Assembly (NCBI GenBank): GCA_002269645.1
Contig: NIVC01000118.1
Span: forward strand, 299,413-363,412
Length of the DNA stretch: 64,000 nucleotides
Reading direction: 5' to 3'
Origin: Macrostomum lignano
Lineage: Eukaryota
The stretch's first letter is position 1. Every line of letters begins with the position of its first letter. Shown here in pieces: positions 41,261 to 52,800 of the stretch. Both the position numbers and the translations under genes were made by a program. The notes under the pieces were generated by a model, which ran no database searches, was not told where the DNA came from, and worked only from the letters and a program-made list of their open reading frames with translations.

Positions 41261-41319
41261 CTGCAAATAAATTGCCACCGATTAGCGATCTGGGAGGGTG
41301 ACAGTGTTGCTCAAACTCA

Positions 41320-42445
41320 GGAGCATGGAGTGCTCAATCTCAGGATCAAAGAACGCCTAATCTCAGGACCAAAGAGTGCTCAATCTCAGGATCAAAGAAC
41401 GCCTAATCTCAGGACCAAAGAGTGCTCAATCTCAGGACCAAAGAGTGCTCAATCTCAGGAGCATAGAGTGCTCGATCTGAGGAGCATAGAGTGCTCAATC
41501 TTAGGACCAGAGTGCTCAATCTAAGGAGCAAAGAGTGCTCAATCTCAGGAGCATGGAGTGCTCAATCTCAGGACCAAAGAGTGCTCAATCTCAGGACCAA
41601 AGAGTGCTCAATCTCATGACCAAAGAGTGCTCAATCTCAGGACCAAAGAGTGTTAAATCTCATGACCAAAGAGTGCTCAATCTCATGACCAAAGAGTGTT
41701 AAATCTCATGACCAAAGAGTGCTCAATCTCATGACCAAAGAGTGTTAAATCTCATGACCAAAGAGTGCTCAATCTCATGACCAAAGAGTGCTCAATCTCA
41801 TGACCAAAGAGTGCTCAATCTCAAGACCAAAGAGTGCTCAATCTCATGACCAAAGAGTGCTCAATCTCAGGACCAAAGAGTGCTCAATCTCAGGACCAAA
41901 GAGTGCTCAATCTCATGACCAAAGAGTGCTCAATCTCAGGACCAAAGAGTGCTCAATCTCATGACCAAAGAGTGCTCAATCTCAGGACCAAAGAGTGTTA
42001 AATCTCATGACCAAAGAGTGCTCAATCTCATGACCAAAGAGTGTTAAATCTCATGACCAAAGAGTGCTCAATCTCATGACCAAAGAGTGTTAAATCTCAT
42101 GACCAAAGAGTGCTCAATCTCATGACCAAAGAGTGCTCAATCTCAGGACCAAAGAGTGCTCAATCTCATGACCAAAGAGTGCTCAATCTCAAGACCAAAG
42201 AGTGCTTAATCTCATGACCAAAGAGTGCTTAATCTCATGACCAAAGAGTGCTTAATCTCATGACCAAAGAGTGCTCAATCTCATGACCAAAGAGTGCCCA
42301 ATCTCAAGACCAAAGAGTGCTCAATCTCATGACAAAAGAGTGCTCAATTTTAGGGCCAAAGAGTGCTTAATCTCAAGACCAAAGAGTGCCCAATCTCAGG
42401 ACCAAAGAGAGCTCAATTTTAGTGCCAAAGAGTGCTCAATCTGAG
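41320..42445. repeat. 23-bp minisatellite in RRBP1-like intron 5, ~49 copies
   Basis: Unit CTCAATCTCATGACCAAAGAGTG. Confidence 0.95.
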
Positions 42446-42557
42446 GATCTTAAGAGAGCTTAGTCTGAGGACCTCAAATTAAGCACCCTTGTGAGTGTCT
42501 GAGTGTGCTCAATTTGAGGATATGTGAAAATGGAACCAATGGCACCGCAGGCCTCAC

Positions 42558-43583
42558 CGCCTCCTTGGCCGCCAGCGCAGATTTGTACTGTTCGCAGTCG
42601 GCCTCAGCAGATTTGAGCGCCTCGCGCCATTTTGCTTCTTCCTCTTCTACAGAGTTCTCCAGCTTCTTGAGCACAGACTCAGAATACTCCAGCGCAGATT
42701 TGTGCTTGGCAATCTCCTGAGCAGCTGCCGAATCGCGTTCCCCAGCCGACCTCTGCGCCGCTTCCAGCTGCTTGCGAAGACTCGCAGTTTCCGCTTGGGC
42801 GCGCGCCGCTTCCTCCTTGGCGCCATTGAGTTCCGATTGGGCGCGCGCAGCCTCCTCCTTGGCGCCATTGAGTTCCGCTTGGACGCGCGCAGCTTCTTCC
42901 TTGGCGCCACTGAGTTCCGCTTGGGTGCGCGCAGCCTCCTCCTTGGCGCCATTGAGTTCCGCTTGGGCGCGCGCAGCCTCCTCTTTGGCGCCATTGAGTT
43001 CCGATTGGGCGCGCGCCGCTTCCTCTTTGGCGCCATTGAGTTCCGCTTGGGCGCGCGCAGCCTCCTCCTTGGCGCCACTGAGTTCCGCTTGGGCGCGCGC
43101 AGCCTCCTCTTTGGCGCCATTGAGTTCCGCTTGGGCGCGCGCCGCTTCCTCTTTGGCGCCATTGAGTTCCGCTTGGGCGCGCGCAGCCTCCTCTTTGGCG
43201 CCACTGAGTTCCGCTTGGGCGCGCGCCGCTTCGTCTTTGGCGCCATTGAGTTCCGCTTGGGCGCGCGCAGCCTCCTCTTTGGCGCCATTGAGTTCCGCTT
43301 GGGCGCGCGCCGCTTCCTCTTTGGCGCCATTGAGTTCCGCTTGGGCGCGCGCAGCCTCCTCCTTGGCGCCACTGAGTTCCGCTTGGGCGCGCGCAGCCTC
43401 CTCTTTATCGCCGGAGATGCCCTCCCTGGCGCGCGCTGCCTCTTCTTTGGCGCCGTCAATTTCGGCGCGAACAGTTTCTTCGAATTTGGCGCGCTCAGAG
43501 CGAAGCGCCATCAACTCGGACTGGATGGCGCGCTTGTCGGACTCAGCCTGAGTAGCCCGGTTCTCGGCCTGCCGCAGGGCATC
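42558..43583 (-). CDS. RRBP1: RRBP1-like exon 5, containing 16 x 14-aa coiled-coil repeat
   Basis: Acceptor TTCAG. Encodes DALRQAENRA...(AKEEAARAQAELNG)x16...VLKKLENSVEEEEAKWREAL...ALAAKEA. Donor GCG|GTGAGG. 1026 nt, phase 0/0. Confidence 0.88.
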
Positions 43584-44099
43584 CTGAACGGTTAGGGGGG
43601 GGGGCTGATTAAAATTAGCAGCAGAAACTAAAAAACTTGATTTTGTAATACCGAAAATCTCTCCACCTGCTTTGGGATTTTCAAATAGAATGGGGGCAAT
43701 AATGAACCACAAAAGTTGGCATATATACTATTGAAATTCAATAAAGGCCAGCTCAAACGTGAAAAATGGAGCCGACAAAAAAGCAGAAGATAAAAAAGCA
43801 GCACGAGCAGTTTTCAAAGAGACACTCTGATAAGAGCAGGTTACGAAAACCCCCAATGTTAGACTATGGAGCTGCGACAGCCCAAGTAGATACGCCATAA
43901 ACTCTGTAACACGGCCTGTTTATTAGTCACCCCTGTCTGGCGTGAAGTTTGCTGGCAGTCAAGTTTAACCGCACTTATGAATTGACTTGGGCATTATTTC
44001 AGCAAATCTTCTACAGGTTGAAGTAAGCTTAGTAAGGTTAATGTAGCTTAGTTATTTCTGGAGTAATTTCACCATTACCTGTTGAACTATCATAGACAC

Positions 44100-45300
44100 T
44101 TGCTGCACTACGAGTACTATGGACACCTGTTCAACTACCATGGACACCTGTTCAACTACCATGGACACCTGTTCAACTACCATGGACACCTGTTGAACTA
44201 CCATGGACACCTGTTGTACTATCATGAACACTTGCTGCACTATAGTGGACACCTGTTGCACTACATGTACCATGGGCTCTTATTTCACAACCACGGACAC
44301 CTGTTGCACTACCATGGACACCTATACCATCATCATGGAAACCTATTCCATCATCATGTACACCTATTCCAGCATCATGGACACCTATTCCATCATCATG
44401 GACACCTATTCCAGCATCATGGACACCTATTCCAGCATCATGGACACCTATTCCATCATCATGGACACCTATTCCAGCATCATGGACACCTATTCCATCA
44501 TCATGGACACCTATTCCATCATCATGGACACCTATTCCATCATCATGGGCACCTATTCCATCATCATGGGCACCTATTCCAGCATCATGGACACCTATTC
44601 CAGCATCATGGACACCTATTCCATCATCATGGACACCTATTCCATCATCATGTACACCTATTCCAGCATCATGGACACCTATTCCAGCATCATGGACACC
44701 TATTCCATCATCATGGACACCTATTCCAGCATCATGGACACCTATCCCAGCATCATGGACACCTATCCCAGCATTATGGACACTTATTCTATCATCATGG
44801 ACACTTATTCCAGCATCATGGACACCTATTCCAACACCATGGACCTCTATTCTAGCATCATGGACACCTATTCCATCATCATGTACACCTATTCCAGCAT
44901 CATGGACACCTATTCCAGCATCATGGACACCTATTCTATCATCATGGACACTTATTCTATCATCATGGACACTTATTCCAGCATCATGGACACCTATTCC
45001 AACACCATGGACCTCTATTCCAGCATCATGGACACCTATTCCAACACCATGGACCTCTATTCCAGCATCATGGACACCTATTCCAACACCATGGACCTCT
45101 ATTCCAGCATCATGGACACCTATTCCAGCATCATGGACACCTATTCCAACACCATGGACACCTATTCCAGCACCATGGACACCTATTCCAGCACCATGGA
45201 CACCTATTCCATCATCATGGACCTCTATTCCAGCATCATGGACACCTATTCCAACACCATGGACCTCTATTCCAGCATCATGGACACCTATTCCATTAAC
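44100..45300. repeat. 21-bp minisatellite in RRBP1-like intron 4, ~57 copies
   Basis: Unit CATGGACACCTATTCCAGCAT. Confidence 0.95.
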
Positions 45301-45364
45301 ATAGACACCTATTTTACGCTACAAACCCCAATACAAAAATGGAATGCCGCACTAAAAGTCGCAC

Positions 45365-45658
45365 CTGAGTAGTGAAATTTCTTTCCCTTAACTCGTCGTT
45401 CTTGGTCCGCAGGGCGACCATCTCGCTCTCCAGATTGGAGCTGCCAGCGGCCTCAGAGGCTTCTAGCGAGGCGATGCGAGAGTCCCTGTCCGCCAGCGCC
45501 TGCTGCAGGCCTTCCACCTCTTTGTCCAGGCTGCTCAAGCGTTGAAGCGACTCGGCCAGACGGTTTTCTACTTCGCGAGATTCTCGCTGCTCCTTGGCGA
45601 GCTGCTGACGGGCGGAATCGAGCTCGGACTGTCGAATGCTCAGCTCCGAGTCTGAGGC
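45365..45658 (-). CDS. RRBP1: RRBP1-like exon 4
   Basis: Acceptor ACGCAG. Encodes ASDSELSIRQSELDSARQQLAKEQ...LRTKNDELRERNFTTQ (the LR.KN..LRE.N motif fits the RRBP1/kinectin coil). Donor CAG|GTGCGA. Confidence 0.87.
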
Positions 45659-45711
45659 CTGCGTTTTATGAGATGAGGAGGGGTGTTGGACGGAGACTGT
45701 CAGGTTGTATC

Positions 45712-46160
45712 AACCAGCATTGGGAACCCATATCAACCAGGTTGGGAACCCATATGAACCAGCATTGGGAACTCATATCGACCAGCATTGGGAACCCATA
45801 TCAACCAGGATGGGAATCCATATCAACCAGCATGGGAACCCATATCAACCAGCATGGGAACCCATATGAACCAGCATTGGGAACCCATATGAACCAGGTT
45901 GGGAACCCATATGAACCAGCATTGGGAACCCATATGAACCAGCATTGGGAACCCACATCAACCAGGTTGGGAACCCATATGAACCAGCATTGGGAACCCA
46001 TATCAACCAGCATGGGAACCCATATCAACCAGCATGGGAACCCATATCAACCAGCATGGGAACCCATATCAACCAGCATGGGAACCCATATCAACCAGCA
46101 TGGGAACCCATATCAACCAGGATGGGAACCCATATCAACCAGGATGGGAACCCATATGAG
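45712..46160. repeat. 22/23-bp minisatellite in RRBP1-like intron 3
   Basis: Unit GGGAACCCATATCAACCAGCAT. Confidence 0.93.
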
Positions 46161-46166
46161 ACTCGC

Positions 46167-46535
46167 CTCGCATCGGCGGCGCAGCTCATCCACCAGCTGA
46201 TTGGCCTCAGCGGCGGGGTCGCCAGCGGAGCCACGCTGGGCGCTGGCAGACTGCAGCTCCGCCTGCAGCTGATCGATCCGCCGCTGCAACTCGTCGCAGG
46301 CGCTCCTGGCTGACCGGCGCTCCGCCTCGACGCTGGCCTCCGCCTCCGACCGGATGCGGCGCACGTCGCCATCGACTCCGGCCAGACGGGCCTCGGATTT
46401 CTTTAGCGCCTCGGCTAAGCGCTGGCGCTCCAATTCTAGGGATTTGTTCTCGGAGATCTTCTTAGTGAACTCCTGCTGCATGAGGGTGTAGGCCGTGGCC
46501 TGCGACTGGCCGCGCATGATCTCCGCTAGGGCAGC
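46167..46535 (-). CDS. RRBP1: RRBP1-like exon 3 (probable GC donor)
   Basis: Acceptor TCCAG. Encodes AALAEIMRGQSQ...ELRRRCE. Best phase-0 donor is GAG|GCGAGT. Confidence 0.8.
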
Positions 46536-46619
46536 CTGGATTCGGGAGTTAAAATATTAATAAATAACTGCAGAGGTTTCAATAGTTTACAGCTTTACAT
46601 ATGTCATGCAAAACTCTAG

Positions 46620-47150
46620 GTAGGTCATCAGAACGTCAGGTGAGTCATGAAGACTCCAGATGAGGTCATGAAGACACCAGATATAAGGCTTCCAGGGAAG
46701 TCATTAAGATTTCAGGTGAGTCTTGAAGACAGGTGAATCATGAAGACTCCAGACGAGGTCATGAATACTGCAAGTGGGACATGAAGACTTCGGGTTAGTC
46801 ATTGAGACTTCAGGTGAGTCATAAAGACACCAGGAGAGTCATAGACTTCAGGAGAGTCATAAAGACACAAGTGAGTCATAAAGACTTCAGGTGAGTCATA
46901 AAGACTTCAGGTGAGTCATAAAGACTTCAGGTGAGTCATAAAGACTTCAGGTGAGTCATAAAGACACAAGTGAGTCATAAAGACTCCAGGTGAGGTCATA
47001 AAGACTCCAGGTGAGGTCATAAAGACTCCAGGTGAGGTCATAAAGACTTCAGGTGAGGTCATAAAGACTTCAGGTGAGGTCATAAAGACTCCAGGTGAGG
47101 TCATAAAGACTCCAGATGAGGTCATAAAGACTCCAGGTGAGTCATGAAGA
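46620..47150. repeat. 20/21-bp minisatellite in RRBP1-like intron 2
   Basis: Unit GTCATAAAGACTCCAGGTGAG. Confidence 0.9.
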
Positions 47151-47185
47151 CCAGCAGTCAAGACCGCATCATGACCCCAACTAAC

Positions 47186-47769
47186 CTGCAGCTGGGCCTG
47201 TACATCCTGCAAGTGTTTAACAGCTGCCGCGGTCTCCTGCGAGGCCCTTTGCCTATCGGCCGCGGCCATGGCCAGCTGCTCCCTGCCAGAAGCCGTCTGC
47301 CGATCCAGCTGGGCGCGCAGGGCCTCAGCCTCGGAGCGCAGGGCTGCCGCGGTGCCCGGCGCGACGCCGCCAAGACCTTCAATGAGAGCCTCAATGCGGC
47401 AGCCGGTGGCGGCCTGGATTCGACGAAGCAGGCGCTGAGTTGGCGACGCCGGCCGACCGTCGGAGAGGAACTCGTCGTCTTCGCTATCGCCGTTGACGCC
47501 ACCACTGCCGCCGCCGCTGCCGCTCTTTCTGCCGGCGGCTTTCTGCGCCGATGTCGGCCCAGTCTTTGATGTTGGCGGCGCAGCAGCTGTCGGCTTAACG
47601 AAGGCCCTGGCCACCTCGGCGTCGGTGGCATCGGCGAAGGAGACGGCGGATTCGGCGGGCGGCTGCTGCGGCAGCAGATCGGTGGCCAATGGATGCTGCT
47701 GTTGCTTGCCCTTCTGGGCCGCCTTCTGCTGCCTGGACTTCTTGCCGGCAGTCTGACCGCCACTGCCAC
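47186..47769 (-). CDS. RRBP1: RRBP1-like exon 2
   Basis: Acceptor at 47770-47771. Encodes GGSGGQTAGKKSRQQK...SEAEALRAQLDRQ...DVQAQLQ. Donor CAG|GTTAGT (phase 0). Confidence 0.85.
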
Positions 47770-47844
47770 CTGTTAAAATTATAGTTGTATTAATTAAACT
47801 TCTACGACTAAATATCAGCTGACAAGTCCTCACGGTCGATTTCA

Positions 47845-48195
47845 ACTATTATGAGCCATGGCATCTCAGCAACTCCACTATTATGAGCCATGGCATCTCA
47901 GAAACTCCACTATTATGAGCCATGGCATCTCAGAAATTCCACTATTATGAGCCATGGCATCTCAGCAACTCCACTATTATGAGCCATGGCATCTCAGAAA
48001 CTCCACTATTATGAGCCATGGCATCTCAGAAACTCCACTATTATGAGCCATGGCATCTCAGAAACTCCACTATTATGAGCCATGGCATCTCAGAAACTCC
48101 ACTATTATGAGCCATGGCATCTCAGAAACTCAACTATTATGAGCCATGGCATCTCAGAAACTCCACTATTATGAGCCATGGCATCTCAGCAACAG
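47845..48195. repeat. 32-bp minisatellite in RRBP1-like intron 1, ~11 copies
   Basis: Unit CTATTATGAGCCATGGCATCTCAGAAACTCCA. Confidence 0.95.
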
Positions 48196-48221
48196 GTATA
48201 ATTTATGATTTAATCACGTAC

Positions 48222-48861
48222 CTGACGTAGCAGCGGCAGAGGCAGCCACCGCGGCAGCGTCGGTTTCAGCGACATCGACAGACGATCGGCGGCGCAAATC
48301 GACATCGTCAATGACTGGCTTCAAATGCGGATAGACGATGGTCTCGTCAACGACTGGCGAGTGCTCATCTTTGTTGAGCAGAATCGGCTTGGGCGCGGCA
48401 CCCGGCTGCTGCTGGGCCTTGCCGCCGCTCTGCCTGGACGGCTTGCGCTGCCGGACCTCCGCCTGCGGCTGCTGCTGGGCACCGCCGGCGTCCGACACTT
48501 CCGACACTTCGATAATCTCGGGGTCCAACTCCAGTTCGACCATCTTAACGCCGCGCTCAGTTGAATGCGACTCGACACCGCCAGTTGAAGAGGCAGCAGC
48601 GGTGGCAGCGGCAGCAGCTGCTTTCTTCTGCTTAGCGGCCGCCTTCTTGGCCGCCTTCTTTGACTCCTTGGCGCCGCCGCCTCCAGCAGTGCTGGACGAC
48701 TGGCCGTGATGCTGGTGACTGGCCAGCGATGACGGATGCTGGCCAAGCTGTTTATCAATCTGACGGCCGTCGGCTTGGATGCTGCGAAATACGGCGAACA
48801 TTGCCAGGCCAACGACAATGGTGAAGACCAAACCGAACAGTGCCAATTCGAGTCCCGTCAT
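48222..48861 (-). CDS. RRBP1: RRBP1/kinectin-like ER-anchored coiled-coil protein, exon 1; CDS complement(join(40519..40650,41029..41103,41189..41260,42558..43583,45365..45658,46167..46535,47186..47769,48222..48861)), ~1063 aa
   Basis: N-terminal hydrophobic anchor (LALFGLVFTIVVGLAMFAVF), then a Lys-rich segment (KESKKAAKKAAAKQKK), then a long coiled coil in later exons: the RRBP1(p180)/kinectin architecture. Donor G|GTACGT (phase 1). Family assignment rests on architecture only. Confidence 0.78.
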
Positions 48862-50251
48862 GCCTGCGCACTGGGTGCATGAAGTGTTTTTTTAAAGATT
48901 GAAAATGGCTATGGAATAATGTGGCAACTGCACAATGGCGACAACAAAAATTAATTTGTTAGTAAGCTCCTAGGCCTACCATCTATTCTTGTAGGTTCCA
49001 GTTTTGAATTTTGAACTATTAGAGAAATAAGAATTAAAACAAAATAATCGAAAAATGGTAGCATAAATTAATAATAGGTGAAAAAAACTTAAATAATTAC
49101 AATGAATTTTGTTTGGTATAATAATTGACCATGGCTAAAGTATACTAAAACAGATATGATAAACTATGTACCTACAGTAGCTATAATTTTATTGCCATTG
49201 CATAAAACTTGTTTATAAATATTTATTGCCCTCTCTAGTTTCATTAGAAAGAGCCTAGATTCATATGTATCTCCCATTTGCCTGCTTGGTTAGTCTATGT
49301 TTTAATGCAATATATTTATCTGCCCCAGGTGATAAACATGTTTATTTCCCCCTGGCTAGGGGGGGGGCAAATAAACAATTATATATATTTGGTCATAGAC
49401 AAAATCAAAACTTACCACAAATTACACAGATTGAACAAGTAAAAGTAACAAAACAATTATGTGAATTTGTTAATAATAAGTTAATAATAAGTAACTATTG
49501 ATTTGACAAATGATAGTAAATCCTAATTCTAGGATTATTACTTGAAACCAATAACTACACTGTTAGTCTCATTGTTGACATCAATCTGCATCTTCTTTCT
49601 AGTAGGAATATCTAGTAGTTAAAATTGTTCTTTCTGAATTCCTCCATCTCCTTCAATACCATTAATGATGGTCCACTGGTGATGTAGCCCATTGGTTCTT
49701 CTTGAATTGATGCCATTCACAAAATATAGCGATCATCTACTCACACTTTCTTATTGTGTTTGGTAGAAGAGTACTTTGAATCAAGGTATCTATTTCAATA
49801 TCCCTCAGACTTTCAAACTGTTTGCTAGTTATGTTATGAAAATCTATATGCTTATAATTATTTGCTTGCTTGCTTGCTTTTACTTATTTTATTTTCTTAG
49901 TGAATATATAATTTTAGCCTGTACCTTGTTTAAATGCTTAGCCATAGACTATAGCTTTGACTTGATTTAAGTTTAACAAATATTGAAGTACTTTTTTAAT
50001 TATACTTTTGCACTCTTTAGCCATATAATGGAAGATACATACCATATTTCCTATTTATCTAACTATATGCATAATGTGACTTTTTGTGATTGCATTTATT
50101 TTCTCAAAATATCATTTTATTAATAATTGTATACTTTCTAGTATTAATTTATTAATTTAGTCTATGTCTAAAATTTTATAAATTAAATTAGCCATTGACT
50201 CTATTCTTTCTTTTTTTATTTTGGTTTTGCTTATTGACTAAGATATATAAT

Positions 50252-50478
50252 CTGGGTTTTTTGTGCGAATGGGTGCGAATAGCATCCTGGTCTTAAAAAT
50301 CGCACCCAGAAATTTGACTTAGGGTGCGAAAAGCACACCCAAATTTTTGCAAGGATGTGATGCGGGTTTTACAATTTAGTGTTTTATTGTTATGGACATC
50401 TTAAGTCTTGAAAATCGCACCCTGAAATCTTGCACAGGGTGCGAAATTGCACCCAAGTTATGGACGAAAAAAACCCAG
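50252..50478. mobile_element. 227-bp MITE with 8-bp TSD
   Basis: TIR CTGGGTTTTTT...AAAAAAACCCAG. TSD TATATAAT (50244-50251, 50479-50486). Internal GGGTGCGA/TCGCACCC repeats. Confidence 0.85.
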
Positions 50479-50817
50479 TATATAATATTTGATTAACTTG
50501 ATTAGCTATACTAGTGGCTAGTGCATTTAAAAGCCAATAAAAATTCTAACACATAAAAGGTCCTTGATATACTTGGTATGCAATCATACTATATTATATA
50601 TTGACATTTTTATTTCTTTATATAAATTATTGAAAATTTGATGTAATGAAATATAGTTATTATCTCTAATTTCTACTTTTAAATATTTCATTTTTATATT
50701 TAAACAAACTATTTCTGTATTTATTAATCTTCTTTTGCATTTTTATCTTTAAATATTTATCTTTTCTTTACATCATTAGAATTCATAATAATAAGACAAA
50801 TTGTAAACAACTATCTT

Positions 50818-51743
50818 TGTTATTATTAGTGTTTTAGTGTTTTTATTAGAGGCAGGGGGGTTGTGTGCACCCTGGCACACTTTAAACGACATAGGCACAC
50901 AACCGGCGAGAGCAGTGGTGTGATTGGAAAGTTTGCCAAATTTCGCGCCGACTGAAAATTTTCGCGCCATGCCAATAATATTCTACTGACAGCCAAATAA
51001 GTCAATTGATGACACTTTTGAAGATGCGTCTGGCTACCAATTAGCATGTCTCTTAAGTCACAGCCGTGTCCCCCCTGAACTTCTTGTTGGCGATGTCTGC
51101 AGACAGACGACTGCTCGTGCTGGTGATTGACGACGTTGACAGCAGCTCAGCAGCCTTGCGCTTTAAGACGAGCTCAGCTAGCTTCCCTGCCTTCTTCTGT
51201 TTCTTCTTCTGCACATTCTGCTGCTGACGCCTGAGATTGAACTCAGTTTGTTAGATTAATCTCCTAAGCTATGACATTCTTGTATTTCATACTGTCTGAC
51301 AAGAGAATAAGTGTAAAAAGCAGAAAATAAGAATGCAATTTTCGCGCCCATGGTTCCACAAAATTTCGCGCCAGACCCCCAGGATTCGCGCATTCGCGCC
51401 ATTTTCGCGCCTGGCGCGAATTCGCGCCTGAATCACACCACTGGGCGAGAGGCATTACTGTCTATTCCACCAACTCCCCTGAGCAGGCATACAAGCGCGC
51501 GGATACGTACGCAGGCACACACTCACACAGGAGTGTACAGCGGCCCTAACTTTATATTATCATTAAGCATGTACACTTCACTGCACCTTGGGGGGTTGGC
51601 TCTCAAGGCTGTTAATTGCACAAGCAGAGCCAAGCTAAGATTCCAATTCAGCCCCAAATTAATGTGACTGCACTTGGAATCGAGCCTGGGTCGCTGGCAC
51701 ACCAGAGCAACGTGCATGCGCTACCGCTGGGCTACGGCCCCCC
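50818..51743 (-). mobile_element. tRNA-derived SINE copy S1 (interrupted by a MITE at 50913-51443)
   Basis: Minus-strand head GGGGCCGTAGCCCAGCGGTAG...GGCTCGATTCC carries Pol III A and B boxes. 3' end CCTCTAATAAAAA plus simple tail. Body matches copies at 56181 and 60981. Confidence 0.85.
50913..51443. mobile_element. 531-bp non-autonomous hAT-type element (MITE) inserted in SINE S1
   Basis: 13-bp TIR CAGTGGTGTGATT. 8-bp TSD GGCGAGAG (50905-50912, 51444-51451). The empty site is visible in SINE copies S2 and S3. Confidence 0.92.
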
Positions 51744-51864
51744 TAATGTTGTACCATTTGCGGAAGGCTTTTCCCTATTGCTTTCAAGAGGTTAGAACAT
51801 GATAGACCATAGAACGGCAAGACCAAGGACCACTAGAAGAAGAAGGACGGGACACTTTGTTTCT

Positions 51865-51917
51865 TGGGTCGCTGGCACACCAGAGCAGCTGCGCTACCGC
51901 TGGGCTATGGCCCCCTT
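51865..51917 (-). mobile_element. Isolated SINE head fragment (also at ~56664-56716)
   Basis: TGGGTCGCTGGCACACCAGAGCAGCTGCGCTACCGCTGGGCTATGGCCCCCT matches the SINE 5' end with a small deletion. Confidence 0.8.
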
Positions 51918-52800
51918 ACTATCTTATCTATCTATTTCATTGGAATCATTGTCATAGGGCCTAAGTTTTGGCAGTTGCTATTGTTACTATGACCATATAA
52001 ATAGCAAAATGGTTATTTTTATAGTCAATACATAAAAAAACAAATATTATCTAAATTTAGCAAGTAACATGGAATGCAAATAATAATAAATGCTTTTGAA
52101 TTTTAGAAGAATTATATAATAGGCCTATGCTTTTAATACTTTAATAAAGGCCCTTAATGGTAATTTAATTTTCTAATAGGCCTAGTTCTTGCCCTCAACA
52201 TTAACTAAACTTACTCAATGTAATTGTTAACTATTAATGTACACAAAATTTCTTCCTATGACTATAAAAATAGCTATTGGCATTCTGCTTCTTACATATA
52301 TAGACTACAGTCATTGACTATTAAGGCCATTCCATATAATTATGGTCGTAACATGACAGACTGTTTTACTTATAAAATGAAATCTAATAATAGAATATAC
52401 TAAACCAATATTTTGAATGAAAGATTATTTTGTCAAGAATATATGTTCATAAAGTTTCATATAGATATCATCATTAGTATAGATGCTATTAAACCTTGAA
52501 TAGCACTTATGGTCGTAACAACAAGATTTTTGACATTAAGAAACTAAAAGGTAAAAGTCTTATAACATTTTTCATTTTTCATATTTTGCAATATTTTTAA
52601 AAAAAAACTAAGAACATCTTTAAAAATCATACTCTTTTATTAGAATATATAAACTCAAAAAGGCAACAAAGATACAAAATAAAAGGCAGCCTTATGGTTG
52701 TAACATTATGGTCATAACATATTTTTTCTGTCAATTCAGTAACTTTGAAGTACTAATATATTAAAAATATAATAGATTATATAGTTGCTAATGTTTTTAT

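Noticed and set aside
42505-43595. Overlapping ORFs on the opposite strand and in other frames of RRBP1-like exon 5
   Set aside because: Shadow ORFs of a GC-rich 42-bp coding repeat.
44082-45372. His-rich (HHGHLF) and MDTYSSI ORFs resembling metal-binding or antifreeze proteins
   Set aside because: 21-bp satellite inside RRBP1-like intron 4, antisense to the host gene, with no unique flanking coding sequence.
51660-51743. tRNA gene (A/B boxes)
   Set aside because: No complete cloverleaf, and it continues into a ~280-bp body with an A-rich tail and TSD, so it is a SINE head.
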